Positions 20,678 to 28,390 of a stretch of 64,000 nucleotides of DNA are shown piece by piece (the first letter of the stretch is position 1; each line of letters begins with the position of its first letter). The stretch comes from an uncultured Bacilli bacterium. GTDB lineage: Bacteria; Bacillota_I; Bacilli_A; RF39; UBA660. Position numbers and translations under genes: made by a program. The stretch covers positions 13,037 through 77,036 of the forward strand of contig CANPXE010000001.1 in assembly GCA_947585665.1 (NCBI GenBank). The letters are read 5' to 3'. The notes under the pieces are model-generated. The model was not told where the DNA came from, did no database searches, and saw only the letters and a program-made list of their open reading frames with translations.

Positions 20678-21328
20678 TTACATTTCTATTTCTTGAATCA
20701 CATTTAAGACATCATCTTCAATTACTTTAGAATTATTATTTGATAAAACCAACAAAATTCTTAAACACTCGCCACTATTTTTATAAATAAAATAACTTTT
20801 TCCATAATAACTACTATCAATGTCACTCTTAAAATCAGTCGTCAAATAGTAATAATCAGTATTATTCATCTTTTTTATTTCTGACATTATATTGGTATAT
20901 GTTATTTCTTCATCATTCGTAAATGCATCTAGATATTGTAAATATAAATCATTTCTTTCATCAATGTCATCCATATTGACTTGTAAATCAACTAATTCTT
21001 CAGCAAATATCAAATAAGCATCTTGCCCACCATGATAACGCAATATAAAACTATCATCACTTTCATCCTTATATCTACCCCATTTTTTATTGGCATAAGT
21101 AACTACATAATTATTAGTCTCATATCTTATAATTTTATTACTAAAATTAAAATTGGCAATTACTGATGCTGAAATTAGTGCTAAAATAACACCTATAAAA
21201 ATAATTATGTTTGCTGTACTTTTCTTTTTATTATTACCACTATCATTTTGGTTTAAATACATTCCACAACTAGGACAAGGCTTATTGACATCATTTATTG
21301 TGGCACCACATTTTTCACAATGATACAT
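20678..21328 (-). CDS. Zinc-ribbon membrane protein (hypothetical)
   Basis: MYHCEKCGATINDVNKPCPSCG zinc ribbon, one TM (ANIIIFIGVILALISASVIA), then an extracytoplasmic domain. AGGTGA RBS. Confidence 0.6.
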   Translation of the reverse strand: MYHCEKCGATINDVNKPCPSCGMYLNQNDSGNNKKKSTANIIIFIGVILALISASVIANFNFSNKIIRYETNNYVVTYANKKWGRYKDESDDSFILRYHGGQDAYLIFAEELVDLQVNMDDIDERNDLYLQYLDAFTNDEEITYTNIMSEIKKMNNTDYYYLTTDFKSDIDSSYYGKSYFIYKNSGECLRILLVLSNNNSKVIEDDVLNVIQEIEM

Positions 21329-21430
21329 AATTATCACCTACTACAATATAAAAATACCATAATTTTTTCAAAAAATAATTATTATTTGCAAAATATTGTA
21401 AACATTGACATTATAATTTACAAATTTTTG

Positions 21431-22258
21431 TTATTTCAACCAATGTAAATTACTTTTATCAGCACCCCATGGATAATTTAAGAGTTGACTATCATAATTA
21501 TCAATAACAATTTCTTCTAAATATGAATTATTTGCAAAAGCATCAATACCTACTTCTTTTATATTGTTTGATAAATAGACCTCAACTAAATAGTTATCTT
21601 TAAAAGCTGCATTATCAATTTTCATAACAGTTTTAGGAATACTAATAGCAACAATATTATTGGCAAAAAAACTTTTATTACCAAGAGTTAATATTTTCTT
21701 CCCATTTTTAATTTCTGGTATTATAACACTACTCCTATTTTTTCCACCATAACTAATTATTTCACTATAATCAATTATACCATCACTATTTACTCTATAA
21801 AAAAAAGCACTGCTGTCATCTAGTTCATTATCATTAAAACATCCATTACCAATAATTGTCTTTTCATTCATTTTAATCGTACTTATATCATTGTGCATAA
21901 AACTTCCATCCCCTATTTTTTTTATACTAGATGGAACAACTAAACTCTTAATTTGATTATTAGCAAAAGAATAATTACCAATTTCAACAATAGTATTAGG
22001 AATGACAACACTTTCTATTTTTAAATCATTAAAAGCATAGTCACCAATTTTTGTAATCGTAACACCATTGATTTCTCTAGGAATTGAAATATTACCTCCT
22101 TTTCCTAAATATTTAATAATAGTTTCACCATTTACTTTAAAATCATCTATTGTTAAAAAGGCATCTTCACTTTTTTGATGATATATAAAAGTCTTTACGG
22201 AAAATATAAAAAATAATGAAAAAACAATAATTATAAATATATATATTCTCTTATTCAT
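21431..22258 (-). CDS. BspA-type leucine-rich-repeat surface protein
   Basis: N-terminal signal/TM, then repeated IPxxVxxIGxxAFxxNxL units (e.g. VVIPNTIVEIGNYSFANNQIKSLVVPSSIKKIGDGSF). Confidence 0.75.
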   Translation of the reverse strand: MNKRIYIFIIIVFSLFFIFSVKTFIYHQKSEDAFLTIDDFKVNGETIIKYLGKGGNISIPREINGVTITKIGDYAFNDLKIESVVIPNTIVEIGNYSFANNQIKSLVVPSSIKKIGDGSFMHNDISTIKMNEKTIIGNGCFNDNELDDSSAFFYRVNSDGIIDYSEIISYGGKNRSSVIIPEIKNGKKILTLGNKSFFANNIVAISIPKTVMKIDNAAFKDNYLVEVYLSNNIKEVGIDAFANNSYLEEIVIDNYDSQLLNYPWGADKSNLHWLK

Positions 22259-22356
22259 ACTACATTAAATGAAAAAATATATTAAAAAATTCTAATAAAT
22301 TATCTATACATAAAATTTAAAAAAATGTTAACTATATATGTGAAAGGAAGAAATTT

Positions 22357-22794
22357 ATGAAAGATAAAAATGAATTATTAGAATACATTTATCAAACAAC
22401 TGATATGGGTAAGAAGAGTTTAGAAGATTTATTAAATGCTTTAGAAGGAAAAGATAACAAAATTAAGGCTGTTATTGAAAAACAAATGAAAGAATATGAA
22501 AAGTATTATGCCGAAAGTGAAAAACTTTTAAAAAAGAATAAAATAAAGCCTAAAACCAAAGGTCCTATGTCAGAAATGATGAGTAAAATGGGAATCAATA
22601 TGAATGTTATGAAAGACAATAGTGATCCCAAAATGGCAGAAATGATTATTCAAGGATTAACAATGGGAATAATTGAAATGGAGAAGAAAATTAAAGATTA
22701 TAAAGATGAAGTTGACAAAGACATTATTAAACTAGCAAAAGACGTCTTAAAATTTCAAGAAAAAAGTATTGATGAAATAAAAGAATTCATGTAA
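22357..22794 (+). CDS. Hypothetical helical protein
   Basis: 145-aa Lys/Glu-rich ORF with RBS GGAAG. No family recognised. Confidence 0.5.
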   Translation: MKDKNELLEYIYQTTDMGKKSLEDLLNALEGKDNKIKAVIEKQMKEYEKYYAESEKLLKKNKIKPKTKGPMSEMMSKMGINMNVMKDNSDPKMAEMIIQGLTMGIIEMEKKIKDYKDEVDKDIIKLAKDVLKFQEKSIDEIKEFM

Positions 22795-22842
22795 AAAGAT
22801 CTATTTGAAGTGTATTAAAAGTACATTTCATTTTAGATCTTT

Positions 22843-23985
22843 TTAATTTCCTATACAAGATAATATTGCATTATAAATGTCCTTTGATGTATTTGGTAAA
22901 TAATGTAAACCATCACCAGAAGAAAAATTGTTAACTATTTTACTATAAGTGTCACAATAACTAATATTTGCTACATCAGATAAACCGCTTTTTAAATTGT
23001 TATTAAATGATATAATATCATTTGTCATATGAGAATAACTTCCTTTAACAGGATTTACGGAAACGATTATAAGATTATGATTTTTCCATCTGCCATTTGC
23101 GAGTTCTTTATATTTTGATATATAACTATTAATGTACGTTAAACCATTAACCCCCAAATTTGAAATAATATTATATCTCTCATTTGGATGAGAATCTAAA
23201 ATTTTGTTAACTTCAGGTATAGCTTCGTCGACAAGCCAAATATATCCCATATTTCCTTGAGCTATATAAATATCATTATTATTATAATATGCATCTTTAA
23301 TTAAATCATATTGACATTTTGTCCAATTTCCAGTTAGATGAGCACACATCTGAACAGTTCGTGAATCACCAATAAAAATATTTTTAGTACCAGGATTAGT
23401 AACTGCATTTCCACTATTTTTACTTCCTGTTGTATTTCTCTTTTTAGCACTATTAGCCTTTTCTTCATTTTCTTTTCGTTGCTGTTCTCTTTTTTCTAAA
23501 AATTGTTTTTGTTTCTCAATATTAGAAAGATTTTCATTTTTATCAGAATCTTTGTCAACCTCTACATCATAAGATGTACAATAACTATCATCAACAACAA
23601 AGCACGAAAAACATTCAGATAAGCTATTACTATTGTTCTCATCATTAGTAATTGTAATCAATTCTTTTACTAATGTAACCAACAAAAAAACACCAGCTCC
23701 AGCTATTAGTCTTAAAGCAAACTTTTTTATTGCCTTCGACAAATCATCTTTATTGTTTCCAAAAATAACTTTAAGGAAATCAGTAGAACCGATTATTATA
23801 ATTATTATTGGAATAACAAATTGAATAATAATAATGAAAGTACGAATTAAAGATGGTAAATAATATGGAATATCTTTTGTAGTTCCACAAGAAGTATATT
23901 TGACTGTTTCAGCATATGTAATATCAAATCGAAATAGTATCATTAATAGCAAAACAATTGCACTTAAACATTTATTTCTTTTCAT
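22843..23985 (-). CDS. Membrane-anchored SGNH/GDSL-family hydrolase with N-terminal signal peptide plus two-TM hairpin
   Basis: C-terminal domain has block I IFIGDSRT, block II LGVNG, and block V GDGLHY (DxxH). The N-terminal half has a signal peptide, two TM helices separated by a basic loop, and a KE-rich linker. Confidence 0.65.
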   Translation of the reverse strand: MKRNKCLSAIVLLLMILFRFDITYAETVKYTSCGTTKDIPYYLPSLIRTFIIIIQFVIPIIIIIIGSTDFLKVIFGNNKDDLSKAIKKFALRLIAGAGVFLLVTLVKELITITNDENNSNSLSECFSCFVVDDSYCTSYDVEVDKDSDKNENLSNIEKQKQFLEKREQQRKENEEKANSAKKRNTTGSKNSGNAVTNPGTKNIFIGDSRTVQMCAHLTGNWTKCQYDLIKDAYYNNNDIYIAQGNMGYIWLVDEAIPEVNKILDSHPNERYNIISNLGVNGLTYINSYISKYKELANGRWKNHNLIIVSVNPVKGSYSHMTNDIISFNNNLKSGLSDVANISYCDTYSKIVNNFSSGDGLHYLPNTSKDIYNAILSCIGN

Positions 23986-24173
23986 ATTATCACTTCCGTT
24001 AATAAATAGACAAATTAATTATATCATTACTACAAACAAAAATAAATTCTATTATTTAGAACTTTACAAAAGAAAAATCACATATACTATTTTGTTAAGT
24101 TTATACGTTTACGTATTTATTACGATATTAATATATAAATTTTTTGAACATAATAATATTGGTGATACGAAGT

Positions 24174-24437
24174 ATGAATAATTTATATGAGAGAAACGAA
24201 TTTATAAGAACAATAAAATATAATTTAAGAAGAATCATAAAAGGAAGTAATATGTCTGTAAGTGAACTGTCCGAAAAAATAAATTTACAATTTCAATCAC
24301 TTGCTGATATGCAAAGTATGACATTAATTGAGAGATATCCATCATTAGAAACATTACGCAAAATATGTGTAGTAACTAATACTGACATTAATGAATTTTT
24401 TAAACCAATTCCTAAGGATCAAGAAAACAACAAATAA
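24174..24437 (+). CDS. XRE-family HTH transcriptional regulator (possible controller protein)
   Basis: IRTIKYNLRRIIKGSNMSVSELSEKINLQFQSLADMQ ... PSLETLRKICVVTNTDINEFF is the classic Cro/C1 HTH pattern. It lies immediately upstream and co-directional with the endonuclease gene. Confidence 0.65.
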   Translation: MNNLYERNEFIRTIKYNLRRIIKGSNMSVSELSEKINLQFQSLADMQSMTLIERYPSLETLRKICVVTNTDINEFFKPIPKDQENNK

Positions 24438-24654
24438 TTTTTTTAGTTATAACTATAATAATAAAAAATAATATTTAAAATTATAAACATAGTACAAAGA
24501 GTGCATTTTAGAAGAAAAATCTAAAATGTATTTTTTTTATCGAATAAGGAACTCTTAATAATATCTATTATTTTCTCATATTTACACACATATTATAAAT
24601 TTTTACAAAATAATTAAAGGAATCTATCCTACAAAAGACTAATAATAGTATTAG

Positions 24655-25404
24655 GTGGTAATTTTGAGACAGAATATTATAGATTTAGACAAAGAGTTTC
24701 AAAGAATAAAAAGTATGGGATTAATTGAAAGTAAACGAAAAGGAGCAACTGGAATTGGATATACATTTGAATGTCTTTTAAATAAACAAGAAGAAAGTTT
24801 TGATATACCAGATTATAAAGGAATTGAAATAAAAACTAAATACATCTATAGTAGAGGAAAAATTCACTTGTTTTGTGCAGCACCAGATGGCGACTATTTA
24901 TTTGAAAATAAAAGGCTTGTTGAAAAATATGGTTATCCAGACAAAAAATACTCAAATAGACACGCTTTCAATGGCACTATTAATGCTAAAAATTATACAC
25001 AGATAGGAACGCAATTTTTATTCAAACTTGATGTCAATAGAAAAGAAGAAAAAATAAGACTTTTAGTTGCAAACAAAGAATATCAAATAATTGACAAAGA
25101 AATATCATGGTCTTTTGACTTACTAAAAAGTAGATTAAACAGAAAACTCCAATATTTAGCAATAATAAATGCATATAAAAGAATAATTAATAAAAAAGAG
25201 TACTTTCATTATTGCAAAATAGATTTCTATCATTTAAAAGATTTCAATACATTCATCAATTTATTAGAAGATGGAATAGTCAAAATATCCTTTTGTATTG
25301 GAATAGATAAAGATGGCGTAAAAAAAGGAAAAATACATGATCATGGTACATCTTTCGAAATACAAGAATTTGATATTAAAAAATTGTACAATTTAATAAT
25401 GTAA
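24655..25404 (+). CDS. MvaI/BcnI-family (MutH-like fold) type II restriction endonuclease-like protein
   Basis: KRKGATGIGYTFECLL...DIPDYKGIEIKTK parallels the D-x-GE-x-ELK catalytic region. LQYLAIINAYKR and the C-terminal GKIHDHGTSFEI...KKLYNLI parallel remembered BcnI (HDRGPHLRI...LDKLYRNI). The true start may be TTG at 24664, after AGGTGG. Confidence 0.6.
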   Translation: MVILRQNIIDLDKEFQRIKSMGLIESKRKGATGIGYTFECLLNKQEESFDIPDYKGIEIKTKYIYSRGKIHLFCAAPDGDYLFENKRLVEKYGYPDKKYSNRHAFNGTINAKNYTQIGTQFLFKLDVNRKEEKIRLLVANKEYQIIDKEISWSFDLLKSRLNRKLQYLAIINAYKRIINKKEYFHYCKIDFYHLKDFNTFINLLEDGIVKISFCIGIDKDGVKKGKIHDHGTSFEIQEFDIKKLYNLIM

Positions 25405-25470
25405 AATTTTGCAATTTCTCTATATATAAAATGATATAACTGGTTTGGTGAAAGGGGGTTGCTCACAACA

Positions 25471-25496
25471 AACAAAAAAGACTTTGAATAAAGTCT
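25471..25496 (-). terminator. Rho-independent terminator ending the tRNA array
   Basis: The minus strand reads AGACTTT-ATTC-AAAGTCT followed by TTTTTGTT, 13 nt after tRNA-Pro. Confidence 0.65.
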
Positions 25497-25509
25497 CTTG
25501 TTAATAAAA

Positions 25510-25586
25510 TGGTCGGGAAGACAGGATTTGAACCTGCAACCCCCTGGTCCCAAACCAGGTGCTCTACCAAGTTGAGCCACTTCCCG
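25510..25586 (-). tRNA. tRNA-Pro (UGG)
   Basis: Hand-folded cloverleaf with anticodon arm CCTGG-TTTGGGA-CCAGG. Encoded CCA, 77 nt. Confidence 0.9.
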
Positions 25587-25589
25587 AAG

Positions 25590-25666
25590 TGGTGCGCTCG
25601 AAGGGATTCGAACCCCTGACCTTTTGGTTCGTAGCCAAACACTCTATCCAGCTGAGCTACGAGCGC
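25590..25666 (-). tRNA. tRNA-Arg (ACG)
   Basis: Anticodon arm TTTGG-CTACGAA-CCAAA. Acceptor GCGCTCG/CGAGCGC, encoded CCA. Confidence 0.9.
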
Positions 25667-25706
25667 ATGATTACGATTTAGTTTTAATAATAATCGAAAA
25701 AATAAA

Positions 25707-25782
<76 letters not shown>

Positions 25783-25785
25783 ATA

Positions 25786-25861
25786 TGGCGGTCTCGACGG
25801 GAATTGAACCCGCGATCTTCTGCGTGACAGGCAGACGTGTTAACCCCTGCACTACGAGACC
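25786..25861 (-). tRNA. tRNA-Asp (GUC)
   Basis: Anticodon arm TCTGC-CTGTCAC-GCAGA. 76 nt, encoded CCA. Confidence 0.9.
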
Positions 25862-25863
25862 AT

Positions 25864-25940
<77 letters not shown>

Positions 25941-25952
25941 ATAAATTATTAA

Positions 25953-26045
25953 TGGCGGAGGAAAAGGGATTCGAACCCCTGCGCCGCTTTCACGACCTCC
26001 CGGTTTTCAAGACCGGTCCCTTCAACCAGACTTGGGTATTCCTCC
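25953..26045 (-). tRNA. tRNA-Ser (UGA)
   Basis: Anticodon arm CCGGT-CTTGAAA-ACCGG with a long variable arm. 93 nt. Confidence 0.9.
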
Positions 26046-26050
26046 AAATA

Positions 26051-26139
26051 TGGTGCCTAAGGCCGGACTTGAACCGGCACGAGGGTTGAATCTCGCAGGA
26101 TTTTAAGTCCTGTGCGTCTACCAATTCCGCCACTCAGGC
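26051..26139 (-). tRNA. tRNA-Leu (UAA)
   Basis: Anticodon arm CAGGA-CTTAAAA-TCCTG with a long variable arm. 89 nt. Confidence 0.9.
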
Positions 26140-26170
26140 ATGATACACGTCACTTCCACGTGTCTACTTA

Positions 26171-26199
26171 ATTGTATCTTAAAATCCTTTATTAATCAA
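26171..26199 (-). promoter_or_regulatory. Putative internal promoter for the distal seven tRNAs
   Basis: The minus strand reads TTGATT-17 nt-TACAAT inside the 137-bp gap of the tRNA array. Confidence 0.4.
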
Positions 26200-26244
26200 G
26201 CATTTTTTGATTTTTATTATATTTTAAGAACAATTTTTTATAAA

Positions 26245-26263
26245 AGCCCTGATAATCAGGGCT
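26245..26263 (-). other. GC-rich stem-loop inside the tRNA array (weak terminator or processing site)
   Basis: AGCCCTGA-TAA-TCAGGGCT forms a perfect 8-bp stem. On the minus strand only TTTAT follows, so termination is probably partial. Confidence 0.4.
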
Positions 26264-26276
26264 AATACTTCAAAAA

Positions 26277-26352
26277 TGGTGTCCCGTTGGAGATTCGAAC
26301 TCCAGACCCTTTGATTAAAAGTCAAATGCTCTACCGACTGAGCTAACGGAAC
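26277..26352 (-). tRNA. tRNA-Lys (UUU)
   Basis: Anticodon arm TTTGA-CTTTTAA-TCAAA. 76 nt. Confidence 0.9.
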
Positions 26353-26355
26353 AAG

Positions 26356-26430
26356 TGGCTGCCTCGGCTAGACTCGAACTAGCGCATGTCAGAGTCAAAG
26401 TCTGATGCCTTACCGCTTGGCTACGAGGCA
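26356..26430 (-). tRNA. tRNA-Gln (UUG)
   Basis: Anticodon arm TCAGA-CTTTGAC-TCTGA. U1-A72 pair, 75 nt. Confidence 0.9.
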
Positions 26431-26437
26431 ATCTATA

Positions 26438-26521
26438 TGGTGGAGAGAGATGGATTCGAACCATCGAACCCGAAGGAACAGATTTACAGTCTGCCGCGTT
26501 TAGCCACTTCGCTACCTCTCC
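26438..26521 (-). tRNA. tRNA-Tyr (GUA)
   Basis: Anticodon arm GCAGA-CTGTAAA-TCTGT with a long variable arm. 84 nt. Confidence 0.9.
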
Positions 26522-26528
26522 AAATAAA

Positions 26529-26604
26529 TGGTGCCGAAAACAGGACTTGAACCCGTAACCTATTGATTACAAATCAATTGCTCTACCAATTGAGCTATTT
26601 CGGC
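26529..26604 (-). tRNA. tRNA-Thr (UGU)
   Basis: Anticodon arm ATTGA-TTTGTAA-TCAAT. 76 nt. Confidence 0.9.
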
Positions 26605-26609
26605 ACTAA

Positions 26610-26686
26610 TGGTGGGCGATATAGGACTCGAACCTATGACCCCCTGCTTGTAAGGCAGGTGCTCTAACCAACTGAGCTAATCGCCC
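26610..26686 (-). tRNA. tRNA-Val (UAC)
   Basis: Anticodon arm CCTGC-CTTACAA-GCAGG. 77 nt. Confidence 0.9.
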
Positions 26687-26716
26687 AACTAAAACAAATT
26701 GTCGTTGACATCTAAC

Positions 26717-26745
26717 AATATACCATTTTATATTTTTTTTGTCAA
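26717..26745 (-). promoter_or_regulatory. Strong sigma-A promoter of the tRNA array
   Basis: The minus strand reads TTGACA-17 nt-TATATT with a TGg extended -10, about 30 nt upstream of tRNA-Val. Confidence 0.7.
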
Positions 26746-26763
26746 CTCAAATATTGCTTTTTA

Positions 26764-27129
26764 TCAAATATTTTCGCCTTTTTGAATCTCATTGTACTTT
26801 TCTTCTATCCAATCCTCTAGCTTTACAGATAGAGTTTCAAATCCTTTTTCTGTTTCAATTATTTTATTACGTCTTTTATTATTAACGCGATAATCAATAT
26901 CTTTAATACTAAGTTTTAAATGACAGCTTTCATCATCTTTATCAACAATTTTTACTCTAATTGTTTCCCCAATATTAACATAGTCATTAACATCTTTAAC
27001 AAATTTTGTTGATATTTCAGAAATATGAATCAAACCACTATAATAATCATCTAAACTAACAAAAATACCATAGTTTTCAATTCCTGTCACACATCCAGTA
27101 ACAATTTTACCTTTCTCATATTTAGACAT
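26764..27129 (-). CDS. S1 RNA-binding domain protein (general stress protein 13 / YugI-like)
   Basis: GKIVTGCVTGIENYGIFVSLDDYYSGLIHISEIS is the S1 OB-fold signature. 121 aa. Confidence 0.8.
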   Translation of the reverse strand: MSKYEKGKIVTGCVTGIENYGIFVSLDDYYSGLIHISEISTKFVKDVNDYVNIGETIRVKIVDKDDESCHLKLSIKDIDYRVNNKRRNKIIETEKGFETLSVKLEDWIEEKYNEIQKGENI

Positions 27130-27225
27130 ACTTCCACCCTCTTGCTTATTATATCATTCAAACAATCATTTCGCAAACTCTTTACTAAACAAATTAATAA
27201 GTGTATACTTTTATTGGTGATATTT

Positions 27226-27468
27226 ATGAAAAAAAGCGATGATACAATTGAAAAAAAAATACTAGAAGTACTAGAAAGAATAAAACCATACCTTGAAAAT
27301 GACGGAGGAAGCTTAGAATATGTTAAATTTGAAAAAGGAATTGTCTATTTAAAACTTCTAGGTGCATGTGCTGGCTGTGGAATGATTGATATAACACTAA
27401 AAGAAGGAATAGAAGCAATGCTAATGGATGAAATACCTGAAGTGTTAGGAGTAACAAGAGTCGAATAG
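27226..27468 (+). CDS. NifU C-terminal-domain (Nfu/YutI-like) Fe-S cluster carrier
   Basis: IRPYLENDGGSLEYV ... LLGACAGCGM carries the CxxC motif. Start trimmed to MKKSDD. Confidence 0.85.
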   Translation: MKKSDDTIEKKILEVLERIKPYLENDGGSLEYVKFEKGIVYLKLLGACAGCGMIDITLKEGIEAMLMDEIPEVLGVTRVE

Positions 27469-27474
27469 ACTTTT

Positions 27475-28326
27475 TTATTTTATAATGAAATTTATTATTG
27501 TTTTTAAATTATCATTATAAGTTTCAATATCAATAAAATTTTTATAAAAATTGTTAAAATTCTTATTATTAATAATAAAATCATCAAAAACATCAAAAAA
27601 ATAACTTGGAAAAATAATTCTTGAAACCAACATATATTTTTCATTAAATGAAAGCTGATTAATGATTAGAAAATCACTAATATCAATATTTTTATTTGAA
27701 TATACATAATTTTTTATATATTCCCCCATATCTCTTGTTTTATGATCCAAAAGCAAATTAGTTATACTAAAGTAATCATATAAATCAGCCTCTTTCTTAA
27801 TTCTATTATGACATAACGACAATGGAAGATAGTCTTCAATGTCAATATAATCATAAAAAATTATTGCTATTTCACCAAGCATTAAGTAATAGTTAATAAT
27901 TGATAATGTCAATATATCAAAATCAACGCTTCCAGCTTTTACAAAAAATTCAACTTGATCTATTTTTTGTTTCCAAAGACTGCCCCAATTGAAATTTATT
28001 TTTTTTATATAACTTATATAATTATTAGTTGAATTATTAATATCTTCAAGCAATAATCTCCTATTTATATTAAATTTTATCATCATTAAAATATAATTTT
28101 CACCATTATAATTACTAACATATTTATTATGCCTATTTTTTACAATTGTATGATATAAATTATTATTATTTATATAATTATAAATATATCTAATTTTCTC
28201 CTCTTTTTCATAACACTTCATAAAAATGTAAAAGTGTTTATTATAATAAAAAATATAATCATCATTATGTCTTCTAATTATTTCAACTTTTATATTATAT
28301 AAAAAAGAGATCAAATTAGTTATCAT
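27475..28326 (-). CDS. Hypothetical protein, possibly CotS/YutH-like kinase-fold spore-coat protein
   Basis: 283 aa, very AT-rich. Call rests mainly on its position next to the yutI-like gene and weak N-terminal resemblance. Low certainty. Confidence 0.35.
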   Translation of the reverse strand: MITNLISFLYNIKVEIIRRHNDDYIFYYNKHFYIFMKCYEKEEKIRYIYNYINNNNLYHTIVKNRHNKYVSNYNGENYILMMIKFNINRRLLLEDINNSTNNYISYIKKINFNWGSLWKQKIDQVEFFVKAGSVDFDILTLSIINYYLMLGEIAIIFYDYIDIEDYLPLSLCHNRIKKEADLYDYFSITNLLLDHKTRDMGEYIKNYVYSNKNIDISDFLIINQLSFNEKYMLVSRIIFPSYFFDVFDDFIINNKNFNNFYKNFIDIETYNDNLKTIINFIIK

Positions 28327-28390
28327 ATTTATTCACCATACTAAATTATATGAAAAAAACCTAGCATATAAACTAGGTTTTTTTAAATTA

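Noticed and set aside
23900-24181. 93-aa plus-strand ORF between the SGNH hydrolase gene and the XRE gene
   Set aside because: It starts inside the 5' end of the opposite-strand SGNH gene. It has extremely skewed Ile/Leu/Tyr/Asn composition and no RBS, so it is probably a non-coding promoter region.
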